In this document: piece by piece, positions 19,787-20,000 of the stretch
Numbering within the stretch: the stretch's first letter is position 1
How the letters are laid out: every line of letters starts with the position of its first letter
Origin: Catajapyx aquilonaris
Lineage: Eukaryota
Assembly: GCA_000934665.2 (NCBI GenBank)
Contig: JYFJ02002621.1
Span: 49,727 to 69,726 of the forward strand
DNA length: 20,000 nt
Direction: 5' to 3'
Position numbers and translations under genes: made by a program
Notes under the pieces: generated by a model
What the model saw: only the letters and a program-made list of their open reading frames with translations
Told to the model about the DNA's origin: nothing
Database searches by the model: none

Positions 19787-19997
19787 CCGTCAACCGGGGT
19801 GACTTTACACAGAAAAAGCACATTTCTGCACATTTGTGGTCGGCATGGGTCTCTGTGACAAATTCTGACCACTTTTTCTGGGCACCTGGTGAGGACCTCG
19901 TACGCTGCATATGTTGGCACATTGACCTCTGTCCTGGGACGAATTGGTAAAATACAAAAAAATAGAACTCAGCTTGTGTAAAGTAACCCCAAGACGG
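19787..19997. mobile_element. Probable TA-targeting (pogo/Tc1-like) MITE
   Basis: TA|CCGTCAACCGGGGTGACTTTACACA on the left; TGTGTAAAGTAACCCCAAGACGG on the right is its imperfect reverse complement. The right TA is not preserved. Confidence 0.6.
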
Positions 19998-20000
19998 GGT

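Noticed and set aside
1..20000. Prokaryotic systems such as CRISPR arrays, operons or defence islands
   Set aside because: The sequence is spliceosomal-intron-containing animal DNA with no regularly spaced direct repeats.

Overview
Eukaryotic, intron-rich, AT-rich DNA that looks arthropod (insect-like). It holds three genes. (1) The 3' end of a + strand serpin gene: two constitutive exons (695-883, 963-1101) end in the hinge [11 protein letters not shown] at a phase-1 donor. They are followed by at least six alternative terminal exons (1231-1400, 1531-1673, 1952-2091, 2222-2358, 2876-3009, 3304-3440), each coding a different reactive-centre loop (RCL) and C-terminus, plus a possible decayed seventh (2560-2660). 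One variant has a furin-type RARR-A bait and a C-terminal HEEL. (2) A complete 7-exon secreted serpin (6860-13111, about 421 aa, predicted P1 Leu) with a single fixed RCL. (3) The large N-terminal coding exon of a - strand FAM120B-like PIN-domain gene (17466-18714), whose 3' exons I could not find in the window. Intergenic and intronic DNA carries tRNA-derived SINEs, hAT-, Tc1/mariner- and piggyBac-type MITEs, a 27-bp perfect hairpin and a poly-G/N assembly gap. All calls come from manual reading and translation; no database searches were run.
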